The position numbers and the translations under genes were made by a program. Below are positions 1 to 12,000 of a DNA stretch of 64,000 bases, piece by piece. Source of the stretch: an uncultured Spirochaetota bacterium (GTDB lineage Bacteria; Spirochaetota; Spirochaetia; SZUA-6; Fen-1364); the NCBI GenBank assembly GCA_963845535.1, contig CAWJSK010000012.1, positions 640,001 to 704,000 of the forward strand. Direction: 5' to 3'. The notes under the pieces were generated by a model. That model was not told where the DNA came from, searched no databases, and was given only the letters and a program-made list of their open reading frames with translations. Each line of letters starts with the position of its first letter. Position 1 is the first letter of the stretch.

Positions 1-3000
1 CGCTTCCAGGATTGAAGGTGCGCCGATGTTGTTCCAGTGGGCCCGTTCATCGTGATGTGTAGGCCCCCGCGCTCAAGGTCCCGTTCAGGCCCAGCGTGTT
101 GTTGATCCCGATGTTGGCCTGCAAAGTCACGTTCGCCGGTGCCGCAATCGTGAGGTTGTAGAATGTCGCGGGAGCCTGAAGAAAGCCAGTGCCCGTGAAG
201 GTCACGGTGCTGCTTGTTGCAGTAAACGTGCCCACGTTCCAGTTGCCACCAACGCTGATTGCTTCAGAGGCTGTGGCTGTCAACGCTCCAGCCCCCGTCA
301 GGTTCACGCCCATGCTCAGCGGCGAACCCGCCCAGCGTAAGCGTCCCGGCAGTGATGGTCAGATTGTTGGAGGCCTGCAGCGCGCCTGCCAGGCTCCCCC
401 CGCTGGCCAGCGTCAGATTGTAGAACGGATCGGTGCCGATCCCCTTGGTGGTGATCACGGGAGTCGCAGTCGGGCTGAGTGAAATCGTGGAGGTTCCAGC
501 CGTGAAGGTGAACAGCCCCGCCGAGGAGTTCCACGCTCCGGCAATCGTATGTGTGAAAAGCGTCCCGGCCGCCCACGTCCCTTCCGTCAGCGTCAGCGCG
601 TTGGTCACCGTCAGCCCCCCGGTGGAGGTCACCGGTCATAGCCTGCGCAGCCTTGTTGATTATAAGGTTGTAGAAGCTCAACCCGGCCACATTCGCCGGC
701 GTGGCTCCACTGAGCTCTACGGTCCCGTTGTCGCTCGTAAAGCTTGTGGAAATGTCCACGTCCCCGCCGACGTTCAGCACGCCCGCGGGAGCCAGGAGGT
801 TTGCAAGAGTCGTCCCCGCCGTACCCACGTACCCGCCCACGCTCAGCACATGCCCGCCCGCCACAAGGTGCGCATCCAACGTACCCGCCGCTCCACTGAC
901 GTTCCCACCCACTGTCTGGGTGCCTGCGATATCCGCGAGCACCAGGGTGCCCGCGCTCACCGTCAGGTTATTGCCCACGCTGAGCGCAATGCCCGCGCTG
1001 TAGCTTGTCACGCCTCCCGTGCTCTTGCTCAGATTGTAGAAAGCGCTGGAGGTGAAGATGGTGCCGGTGCCGGTGAAAGCCACTGTTCCGCTGTTGGCCG
1101 TGTACGTCGTCACATCCCAGTTGGAGCCCACGTTCAACGTGCCCGCGGGTGCTGACAAGGTTGCCAAGGGCGTACCGCTGGTGCCGAGGTAGCCGCCCAC
1201 CGTCACGCTGCCCGTGGCCACCAGGTGCGCATCCAATGTCCCTGCGCCGCTGACGTTGCCCGTGATGGCGTGCGTCCCGTCAGCCAGCACCAGCGTGCCC
1301 GTCGGTGATGGTCAACGGTCCGCTGACATTCAACGCCGAGTCCTTCCACTGACCCCCCGTACCGTTGAATGTCAAAGATGAGTACGCATCACCCAGCACC
1401 AGGTTCGTGCCGGTGTAGTTGGCTGTCCCGTCATACATGACCGCCCCGCTCAGCGCCGTGCTGCCGAAGGTCACTACCTCCCCGCCCTGAAGTGTCAACG
1501 TCGTGCCAACAGCGCTGGTCACGGCACCTGTCACGCCCAGTCCGTTGCCGTTGAGTGTCACCGACCCAGCGGTCAGAGTCACGGAGGCCGCCGTGATGGC
1601 CGCTGACAAAGTCCAGGATCCTCCAACCCCGTTGAAGCTTAGCGCGCCGAACTTCGTCATCCCCGACAGCCCCAGTCCACCTGTCGTCCCATAGAACGTC
1701 ACCGCTCCGGCGCTCGCCCCCGCGGGGAGGGTAACCGACTCCAGCGCGCTGCCCACCGCCTTCAGCGTCCCGATGTTGCTGTACGTCGTCGTGACGCTCA
1801 ACGTCTTGCCAGCCACGTCCCACACCGCCCCTGCCTGGACGGTCATCCCCACCACGCTCAGGTTCACGTCCTGCACCGGCTGAGTCCCACCCGGGGGTAT
1901 CGTGATCGCATTCGAAGGCCCGGGCACAAACCCACCTGACCAGTTCGTCGGCGCGTTCACCGAGCTTGTCCCACCGGTCAGCCACGTCAGTGCACTTCCC
2001 CCAAAGTTCCAGTTGGTGTTGTTCCCCGCGTCAAACGAATTGCCTGGCGTTACCACCGTGTTCGCCGTGCTGTACGTTACACTGGCAAAGCTTACGTTCG
2101 TGGTACCCGTGTCGTTGAGCGTCCACGGGCTGGCCGCGCTCCCCTGCAGCACGATCAGGCTCCCTGTGGCGCCCGTGATCAGAAATTGCCCGGCAACGCC
2201 GAATGTCTGCCCACTCTCGAACGTCAACGTACCGCCCGCAACCGCGTAGCTGACGTTGTAAAAGTCCGCCCCCGCGTACAGCGTGTGGGGCCCTGCGCCC
2301 GTGAAGCTCACTGTCCCGTTGTTGTTCGTGAGCGCGGTGACATCCCAGTTCGTGCCCACGTTCAGCGTGCCCGCGGGGGCTGACAGGGCGGCAAGCACCG
2401 CGCCGCTTGTGCCCATGTAACCGCCCACCGTCACGCTGTTCCCCGAGGCCACCAGGTGCGCGTCCAGCGTCCCCGCGCCGCTGACGTTGCCGTCGATGAC
2501 GTAGTTGGCGCTGCCGGCGGTGGCAAGGGCCAGGGTCCCTTGAGTCAGGACCAGGTTCCCCGTGATTGTGGCCGCCGTCGTGATGCTGACCTGGGGGGCC
2601 GTGACATAGGTGTTGTCCACCGTCAGGTTTGCCACGGTGGAATTGGTGAAGTCCACACTCTGCGCCCCAGCGGTCCCGTTCAGCGTGATGGTACCCGTGG
2701 AGGTGACCTTCCCGCCCGCCTGCGTGATGTTGCCCGCTACAAACAGCCCGTTTGCCGCCCATCGCCAACGTCCCCGAGGTCAGCGCCAGCGCCCCAATGG
2801 CATTCGTGGATCCGATGGCCCCGACCGGAGTAACCGAGGAGGTCCCCACCGCTACCGCCAGCCCCTGCACCCCTGCCGCCGCCGCATCCACAGTCGAGGA
2901 GAAGCTCACCGTGGCGCTTGCCGTGGCCACCGTCACGCTTCCCCCCAGGGTCACAACCCCCGTGAACCCCAGCGTTCCTCCCGCGTTCGCGCTCTGGTAG

Positions 3001-6000
3001 GTAGGCCCGTTCAAGGTGATTGCGGTCCCCGTCACGCTCTGCGCCCCCGCAGTGAACACGCTGGCAAGCCCCACGGTGGCCGCGCTCACCACTGTGAACC
3101 CCGCCAACTGGTTCACCGAGCCGGTGGAAGTCCCCACCACCCCCACTACGCTCACCCCGCCCGCTCCCGCGGTCAGGCTCAGAGACTGCGCGGGGTTGCT
3201 GTTGATCGTCGAGCTGAAGCCGATGTTCCCGCCGTTGGTGGTCACCCCAATGGCCCCGCCCGCCAGGGCCACCGCCCCCGTGAACCCGATTGCCGCTCCC
3301 GCTGTGGCACTCTCATAGGTGGCAGGCCCGTTCAGCGTGACTGCCGTCCCCGTCACGCTCTGCGCTCCCGTGGTGAACACGCTTGCAAGCCCCACCGTGG
3401 CCGCGCTCACCACCGTGAAGCCCCCCAACTGGTTCACCGAGCCGGTGGAAGTCCCCACCACTCCCCCTACGCTCACCCCGCCCGCTCCCGCGGTCAGGCT
3501 CAGAGATTGCGCTGGGTTGCTGTTGATCGTCGAGCTGAAGCTGATGTTCCCGCCGTTGGTGGTCACCCCGATGGCCCCGCCCGCCAGGGCCACCGCCCCC
3601 GTGAACCCGATTGCCGCACCCGCCGTGGCACTCTCAAAGGTCGCGGGTCCGTTCAGCGTGATTGCCGTCCCCGTCACGCTCTGCGCACCCGTGGTGAACA
3701 CGCTTGCAAGCCCCACCGTGGCTGCGCTCACCACCGTGAACCCTGCGAGCTGGTTCACCGAGGCGGTGGCCGTCCCCACCACTCCCCCTACGCTCACCCC
3801 GCCGGCCCCTGCGGTCAGGCTCAGAGACTGCGAGGGATTGCTGTTGACCGTCGACCCGAAGCTGATGCTCCCGCCGTTGGTCGTGATTGACACCGGCCCT
3901 GTCAGCGTCACCGCGCCTGTCACCGAAAATCCTGCCGCCGCTCCCGTGTTCTCGATCGTCGCTCCAAGACTTCCCGTCCCGTTCACCGAGATTGGGCGCC
4001 CGTTGAGGTTGAGCGTCCCCGCCGTGTGGATCAGGTTCCCTCCCACCGTCAGCGTGGCCGGTCCATTCAACGTCACCTGGGGGGCCGTGACATAGGTGTT
4101 GTCCACCGTCAGGTTCGCCACCGATGGAATTGGTGAAGTCCACACTCTTGCGCCCCAGCCGTCCCGTTCAGCGTGATGGTCCCCGTGGAGGTGATCTTCC
4201 CGCCCGACTGCGTGATGTTGCCCGCTACAAACAGCCCGTTACCGCCCATCGCCAGCGTCCCCGAGGTCAGCGCCAGCGCCCCTATCGCATTCGTGGATCC
4301 TATGGCACCCGTCGGGGTCACCGTGGAGGTCCCCACTGCTACCGTCAGCCCCTGCACCCCTGCGCCAGCCGCGTCCACCGTCGAGGAGAAGCTCACCGCG
4401 GCGTTTGCCGTGGCCACTGTCACGCTTCCTCCCAGGGTCACCACTCCCGTGAACCCCAGCGTCCCCCCAGCGTTCGCGCTCTGGTAGGTGGGGCCGTTCA
4501 GCGTGATCGCCGTTCCCGTCACGCTCTGAGCCCCCGCGGTGAACACGCTGGAAAGCCCCACCGTGGCCGCGCTCACCACCGTGAATCCTCCCAGCTGGTT
4601 CACCGACGCGGTGGCCGTCCCCACCACCCCCACCACGCTCACTCCCCCCGCCCCAGCGGTCAGGCTCAACGTCTGCGCGGGATTGCTGTTGATCGTCGAG
4701 CTAAAAGTGATGGTCCCACCGTTGGTGGTCACCCCAATGGCCCCGCCGGCCAGTGCCACCGCTCCACTGAACCCGATTGTCGCCGCCGCGGTGGCACTCT
4801 GGTAGGTGGCCGGCCCGTTCAGCGTGATCGCCGTTCCCGTCACGCCCTGCGCCCCCGCGGTGAACACGCTGGACAGCCCCACCGTGGCTGCGCTCACCAC
4901 CGTGAAGCTCGCCAGCTGGTTCACCGACCCCGTGGCCGTCCCCACCACCCCCACCACGCTCACTCCCCCCGCACCAGCGGTTAGGCTCAGCGTCTGCGCG
5001 GGATTGCTGTTGATCGTCGAGCTGAAGCCGATGTTCCCGCCGTTGGTGGTCACCCCAGTGGCCCCGCCCGCCAGGGCCACCGCCCCCGTGAACCCGATTG
5101 CCGCTCCCGCCGTGGCGCTCTCATAGGTGGCGGGCCCGTTCAAGGTGATTGCCGTCCCCGTCACGCTCTGCGCTCCCGTGGTGAACACGCTGGCAAGCCC
5201 CACGGTGGCCGCGCTGACCACCGTGAACCCCGCCAGCTGGTTCACCGAGCCAGTGGAAGTCCCCACCACCCCCACTACGCTCACCCCGCCCGCCCCCGCG
5301 GTCAGGCTCAGAGACTGCGCGGGGTTGCTGTTGATCGTCGAGCCAAAAGTGATGTTCCCCCCGTTGGTCGTGATGGACACCGGCCCTGTCAGCGTCACCG
5401 CTCCACCCACCGAGAAGACTGCCGCCGCTCCCGAGTTCTGGATTGTCGCACCAAGGCTCCCCGTCCCCGTCACAGAGATCGCGTGCCCGCTGAGGTTCAG
5501 CGTCCCCGCCGTGTGGACGAAGTTCCCTCCCACCGTCAGCGTAGCCGGTCCATTCAGCGTCACCTGGGGAGCGGTGGCAAAAGTGTTGTCCACCGTCAGG
5601 TTCGCCACCGTGGAGTTGGTGAAGTCCACCCCTTGCGCCCCAGCCGTCCCGTTCAGCGTGATGGTCCCCGTGGAGGTGATCTTCCCCCCAGCCTGCGTGA
5701 CGTTGCCCGCCACAAACAGCCCGTTTGCCCCCATCGCCAGCGTCCCCGATGTCAGCGCCAGGGCGTTCGTGACCGTGACAGTCGTGTTGGCAGTGGTTGT
5801 TCCGGCCGTGCTCTCGGTGAGATTGTAGAAGCTGGTGGCGGAGTAGATGGTGCCGGTGCCGGTGAAGAGCACCGTGCCGTTGTTGGAAGTAAAGCTCGTG
5901 ACGTTGAAGTTCCCCGCAACATTCAGCGCGCTCGCAGGTGCCGACAGGGTGGCAAGCGCCGCGCCGTTGGTACCTACGTATCCGCCCGCTGTCACGCTGT

Positions 6001-9000
6001 TGGCTCCCGCCACCACGTGCGCGTCCAGCGTCCCCGCCCCGCTCACGTTGCCGGTGAGCGTGTGGCTGGTGTTGGACAATATGAGCGTACCGGAAGTGAT
6101 CACTAATGACGTGGTCACCGTGAGGCTGCTGGCAGCAGTCCAGGAGTTGGTCCCTGTTGTCTGGAACTGGACGTTTGTATAAGAGCTCCCGGCAGCAAGA
6201 GACGCATAGGCGGTTGCGCCGCCGTTTCCATAGTAGAGAATGGTGCCTGGCGCGGGAGCGCCCAGCGAGCCGGATATTGTCTCCCCTCCCTGCAGCCTGA
6301 GCGTTCCGACGTTCGCGAACGCGGACGGGCCGGTGAGGTTCTTGCCGGCAAGGTCGAAGCTCGCCGTGGCCAGCGAAACTCCGATCCTGAGGGTTCCCAG
6401 CACGCTTGACGTTCGCGGAGAGAGCGGCCGAAGCTCCGTCAGCCACGCTGATGTTGTTGAATGAAGAGGCGCCCGGGTTGACGGCGCTCGTACCGTTGAA
6501 GGTCACCGTTCCACTTCGCGCAAGGAAGATACCGGCATTCGTCCAGTTCGCGGCAATCCCGATCGGGAAATTGCTCCCGGCCGTCGTGTCGAGGCTCCCC
6601 GCCGTGACGTTGAGGCTGCCGTTGACCTGGATGGCGGAGTCCAGGGACACACCCCCGCCCGTATTGCTGATGGTAAGGTTATTGAATGGGTTCCCTCCGG
6701 TCGCTACGGTCTGTGACCCCGTTCCGTTCAGTACCACGGTTGCCGTGCCGGCGGTGAACGTTGCCCCCGAGGCCACGGACCAGTTGCCTGCAACGGTGAT
6801 CTGGTTTGCCCCAGGGGAAAGCCCCCCCCCACGATAAGCAGGTTCTCGTTCACCACAACGTTGGCGGCGAGCGTCATGGCGTTGGAATCGATCTCAAGGC
6901 GATAATAGTCGGGACCGCCGTACGTCTGGATGGCTCCGTTACGGCTTCTGTAGACGGTCCGGCCTTTCGTTGTATCCGAAAGGGACACCGTGTCACCTCC
7001 CTGACGGTAGAGGGTGCCGGCATTCGACAGGCTGCCGCTGATGGTCAGGTTGAGGCCGCCGGTGTCGAGACTCGCGCTCGGCTGAATCGTGACATTCGTC
7101 ACCGACGTATTCGCCGAGAGAAGCGGGTAGAGGCCGCTGCCCACCACCGGGATGGTCACCGAGTCAGAGGCCCCCGGAACTCCGGTCGGACTCCAGTTGG
7201 TGTTGGTGGCCCAGGCCGTTGTCCCGCCGAGCCACGTATAGCTCGTGCTCGCAAAGATCCAGTTCGCGTTGTTGTTCCCGCCGTTCGCCGACAAGCTCGC
7301 GGTGACCGTGCTCACCGTGGCGTTGCTGTAGCTCACGCCGACATAGCTTACGGTCTGAGGGGTGCTGAGCGCGAGGGTCCAGGCAGAGGCGGTTGTGGAT
7401 TGAAGCGTTATGAGGCTCCCCGCGGCGCCGGTCAGCGTCAGCGTCCCCGCCACCGTCTGCGTGGTCCCGGCGGTGAACGTGAGGGTCTTGCCGGCGGTCG
7501 TGCAGGCAAGGTTATAGAACGACGTAGGTGCCGCTCAGTGTGGTCGGCGTTGCCGCGGAATTGAATGTGACCGTGCCGGAGCGTGCGGTGAAAGTCCCTG
7601 TGTCGGTCCAGGAGCCACCGACCGTGATGGCATAATTCAGGCCTGATCCGACATCCAGGGTGCCGGACGTGATGTTGATCCCGCCAGTTGCCGAAATGGG
7701 TCCGCCAAGCGTGATGGTGGCGCCTGGAGCGTTGATCGTCAGGTTGTTGAACGCAAGGGCCACAGCGCCGGCGCTGAGACCGCCTCCGCCGGTCAAGATC
7801 ACAGTGCCTGAGTTGTTCACGAACGTGGTTGGCGTGAAGCTGCCGCCAACTGTCGTGAAGGTACTGGATGCGGTGAAGCTGCTCAAGGAAAGCGTCCCGC
7901 CCACGGATACCGTGCCGCCCCCGCCGGAGAAGCTTCCCGTGCCGCTGAGCGCGCCTCCAACGCTCACCGCTGAGCTGCCAGGGGAAAGGGTCCCGTTAAT
8001 CGTGAGGCTTTGGGCAACTGCCAGACTCGCGGTGAGCGTGTACGTGAAGCCCGCGTCCAGAACGAGGTTGTAATAATTGTTCCCGGTGCCATAGTACTGG
8101 ACCGCGCCGCCGGCGTTCCTGTACCAGGTGGTGCCTTCCAGCGGGTCGGTAACATTGACGCTGTCCCCTCCATGGCGATAGAGGGTCCCCTGATTCGTGA
8201 ATGTGCCCGTTACCGTCAGGGAGAATCCGCCCGTGTCGAGGGACGCCCCCGCCTGGATGGTCAGGTTCGCAACCGTATGCGCCGTGCCCGACACCGGGAA
8301 CACGGCCGGGCCGGAAGGAATCGTGACCGTATCGGTGGAGAGCGTCTGATTTGGATAGCCGGAAGTCCCGTTGTTCCAGTTTGCTTGATTCTCCCAAACG
8401 TTCGTTCCAGCCGCCCCGGTCCAGGTGTAGAAGCCTGCCGCTCCCGGGAAGAGCCAGTTCGCATTGTTGTTGCCGCCGTTGACCGAGTTGTTCGCCGTTA
8501 TTGCCGCCGAAGAAGCGGAGTTGGAGACACTTACATACGACACGCTGGCCGTTCCATTCAGCGTGATGTTCCACTGATTCAAGCCGCTTCCCCCGGAGCG
8601 TCCCAGGCCTACCAGGCTGCCGGCAGCGCCGGTGGTGGTAAAGATGCCTCCCGCTGCGATCGTCTGAGCCGAGCCGGACGCGAAGAGGATTGTCTTTCCG
8701 GGAGCGGTGCAGGTCAGGCTGTAGAACGAGGTGTTCCCGGAGATAACGCTTGTCTGTGCGGCATTCAGGAAATAGACCGTGCCCGTCCCTGCGGTAAATG
8801 TCCCGCTGTTCGACCAGTTGCCGTTCACGTATATCTGGCAGTTGGTCGCGCTCACGTTGAGGGTGGCGCCGGCACTGATCGTGAGCGAGCCGGTGAGCTG
8901 GAGGTTATAGTTCAGGGTAATCGAGGGAGGTGAGACGGCGTCAAGGGTAATGCTTGCGTAGTCCGTGGACCCGTAGTCCTGGATATATGTCCCGGCGCCG

Positions 9001-12000
9001 TAGTAGTCGACCGTTCCCCCCGATGCATTGTCTGTCTTGTTGAAGTAGCTATCGGTTGTAAGGTTGGAAATGGGATTCGCCATCGGGTTGCGGCGGAGGG
9101 TGCCCTGGTTGACGAAAGTCCCGTTGACGGTAACCTCTTTCGAGGCGATGTCCAGCGTTCCTCCGGATTGGATGGTCAAAGTCTGGACGGTGAGATTAGC
9201 TGTAAGGAGCGGATAGGCGCTTTTTCCGGCTGGAATGACGACCGCGTCGTTTGCGCCTGGAGTACCGTTCGGAGTCCAGTTCGTCACGGTGGTCCAGGAC
9301 GCGGTCGTCCCGTTCCACGTGTAGCTTGTTCCTGTGAAGGTCCAGCCAGTGTTGTTGCCCGAGTTCACACTGTCTGTGGCGGTGATGCCGGGTGTCGCGG
9401 TGGAGTATTGGACATCAGCGAAGGTCACGCTCGCGGTGGCGGTGCCGGCGAGCGCGATTGTATACGCGGACGCCGCAGTGCTTCGGAGAAGAATGTTTGT
9501 CCCGTTTGCCCCGGCAATTGTGAAGATGCCTCCCGTGGCAATAGTCTGCGTCGAGCCGGCAGCGAACTGGAGCGTCGCCCCTGGCGTGGTGCAGCTCAGG
9601 TTGTAGAACGTCGCACTCCCGGTCAGCACGGTTGTCTGCGCTGGGTTGAATGCGACCGTCCCGTTTCTGGGTGTGAAGGTTCCGCTGTTTGTCCAGTTGC
9701 CCCCGACTGTCAGAGAGTAGTTGGCAGCGGTTACGTCGAGAGTAGTACCTGCCTGAATTGTGACGCTCCCGGCAACAAGGAGGTTTGCCGCCAGCGTAAA
9801 GGTCAGCGTATTTGCGTTCACGACGAGGTTGTAGTAGCTGATCCCGGAGTAAGCCTGGACGGCGCCGGCGGTCGTGCGGTATTGCACGGTGCCTTCAGCC
9901 GGGTCGGTCTGGGAAACAAAGTCATTTCCGCGCCGAAAAAGGGTGCCGAAGTTGGAGAAAACACCGTTGATCGTGAGTGAGTTGCCCTGGGTGTCGAGGC
10001 TGGACCCTGAAGCGATAGTCAGATTGTTGAACACGCTCGTGGCTGAAAGCGTCGAGCTTCCATTGAAGATGACGATTCCCGAGCCGGGGCTGAAGCTGCC
10101 GACGCTCCACGCTCCGGCGGCATAGGTGGTTCCGCTCGTTGCCACGTAGCTTGACACCCCAAAGGCGCCTGTCACCGTCACGACGCCTGAGCCGCCATTG
10201 AGGGTTCCCGCTCCGCTCAAAGCGCCGCTGACTGAAAGGTTGTTGCTCCCCAGGGAAAGGGAACCGGGCAATGGCGAGGTTGTTGGCCACGGAGAGATTT
10301 CCGCTTGCGGACTCCGTGCCGTTTACATTGAGATTATAGAAGTTCGACGCCGCAACCGTAGAGGTCCCGCCCGTCAAGGTCACGGTGCCGTTGTTGTGAG
10401 TGAACTGACCCGGCCCCCACGGGCCGGCCACGGTTGTCGTCGCGGTGCTGGCGGAGTAGGTTGCCGGGGTGAAGGAGCCACCAACGGTCACTGCGGCACC
10501 TTGACCGTTGACGACACCTGCACCAGAGATGCTGCCGGAAACCGAGACGTTGTTACCGGCGGTGAAGACGCCCGCGGAGTTTACCGTGAGCCCTCCCGTC
10601 ACCGTGACGTTTTGCCCCGCGGCACTGAGCGTCCCCGAATTGACGACGAGATTCCCGTTCACTGTCAGCGCATTTCCCAGGGTGAAGGTCTGGCCGACCG
10701 AATCGACGGTGAGGTTGTAGTAACCGATGTTCAGGATTGTACCGCCCGTTCCGTTATAGACGAAGGTACCCGAAGCCGGGCTGGCGGGAGCCGTTGCGGT
10801 GGAACTCAGGTAGACTGTGCCAGAGTTGTTGAACGCGCCGGAGACGGCAAGCGAAGCTGTGCCCACCAGAGTCAGCGAGGCATTGCTCTGGATCGTGAGC
10901 GTTGCAACTGAGCCGCTCGCGCCGGCGGCGATGCTCGGCATGTTGGACGGCCCTGCTGGAACGGTGACATTGCTTGTGGCACCGGGAACCGCGGTGTTCG
11001 GGTTCCAGTTGCCTGCCGTGTTCCAGTCCGTCCCGACCGCCCCGGTCCAAATGACGGTGCTCGCGGGCGGGGTGATCGTCCAGTTCACGTTGCCCCCGCC
11101 ATCGATGCTGTTCGTGGCGGTAATCGTATTGCCGCCGCTTGCGTTGCTGTTCTGGGGATCAACATACTGGGCCGCGGGAGCCGCGCTCGTGACGTTGAAA
11201 AACCACGCGGAGCCCGCCGCACTGCTGACCAGATTTATCAGGGACGAGGCGGCGCCCTGCAGGGTCAGCGTGCCCGAAACAGACTGCGTGCTCCCCGCGG
11301 TGAAGATGAGGGACTTGTTCCCCGTCGTGCAAGCAAGATTGTTGAATGATGTCGAACCGCTCAGAGTCGATGACTGACCTGCGTTGTTGAAGGTGACCGT
11401 GCCGGTTCCCTTGTTGAAAGTCCCCGAGTTGGACCAGTTGCCGCCAACGGTAATCCCGTTCGCGCCGGCGTTCAGCGACCCCTGGATCGAGAGATTGCCC
11501 TGAACGGCAACGGCGCTGCTCAGCGAGGCGGTTGTCGAGGAGCCGATTGTAACGCTCGAAAAATAATTGGAGGCGCCCTGGGTAATGGTCGGAGCGGCCC
11601 CTGTCAGTTGAATGGTGCCTCCGGACGGGGTGAAGGTGACACCGGAATCATTCCAGTTGCCCGCAATGAGGTGAGTGCCGCTTCCCGGCGAGAACGTCCC
11701 CGCGGTGAGCGCAAGGGCGTTGGAGACGGTGAGACTTCCGGTGGCGGTCAGCGTGCCGCCGGCAAGGGCAAGGCTGTAGAACGTGTAGGTACCGACCGAC
11801 GCGCCGGCGCCGTTGAAGCTCACCGTCCCGCTGTCGTTCGCGAAGCTCGCGGGGTTGAAAGCACCGGCGACCGTTGTCGTCCCCGTGGTGGCATTATATG
11901 TGCCTACGGAAAGGCCGCCGTTGATCAAGATGGTCGCCGAGCCGCCGTTGAACGTCCCCGTTCCCGAAACCGAACCATAGATATTCAGCGTGCCGAAGGC

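Noticed and set aside
3000..5400. Regular repeats that could suggest a CRISPR array or a DGR template/variable pair
   Set aside because: The period is 321 nt with no unique spacers, the repeats are in frame and coding, differences are not adenine-specific, and no cas or reverse transcriptase gene is present.
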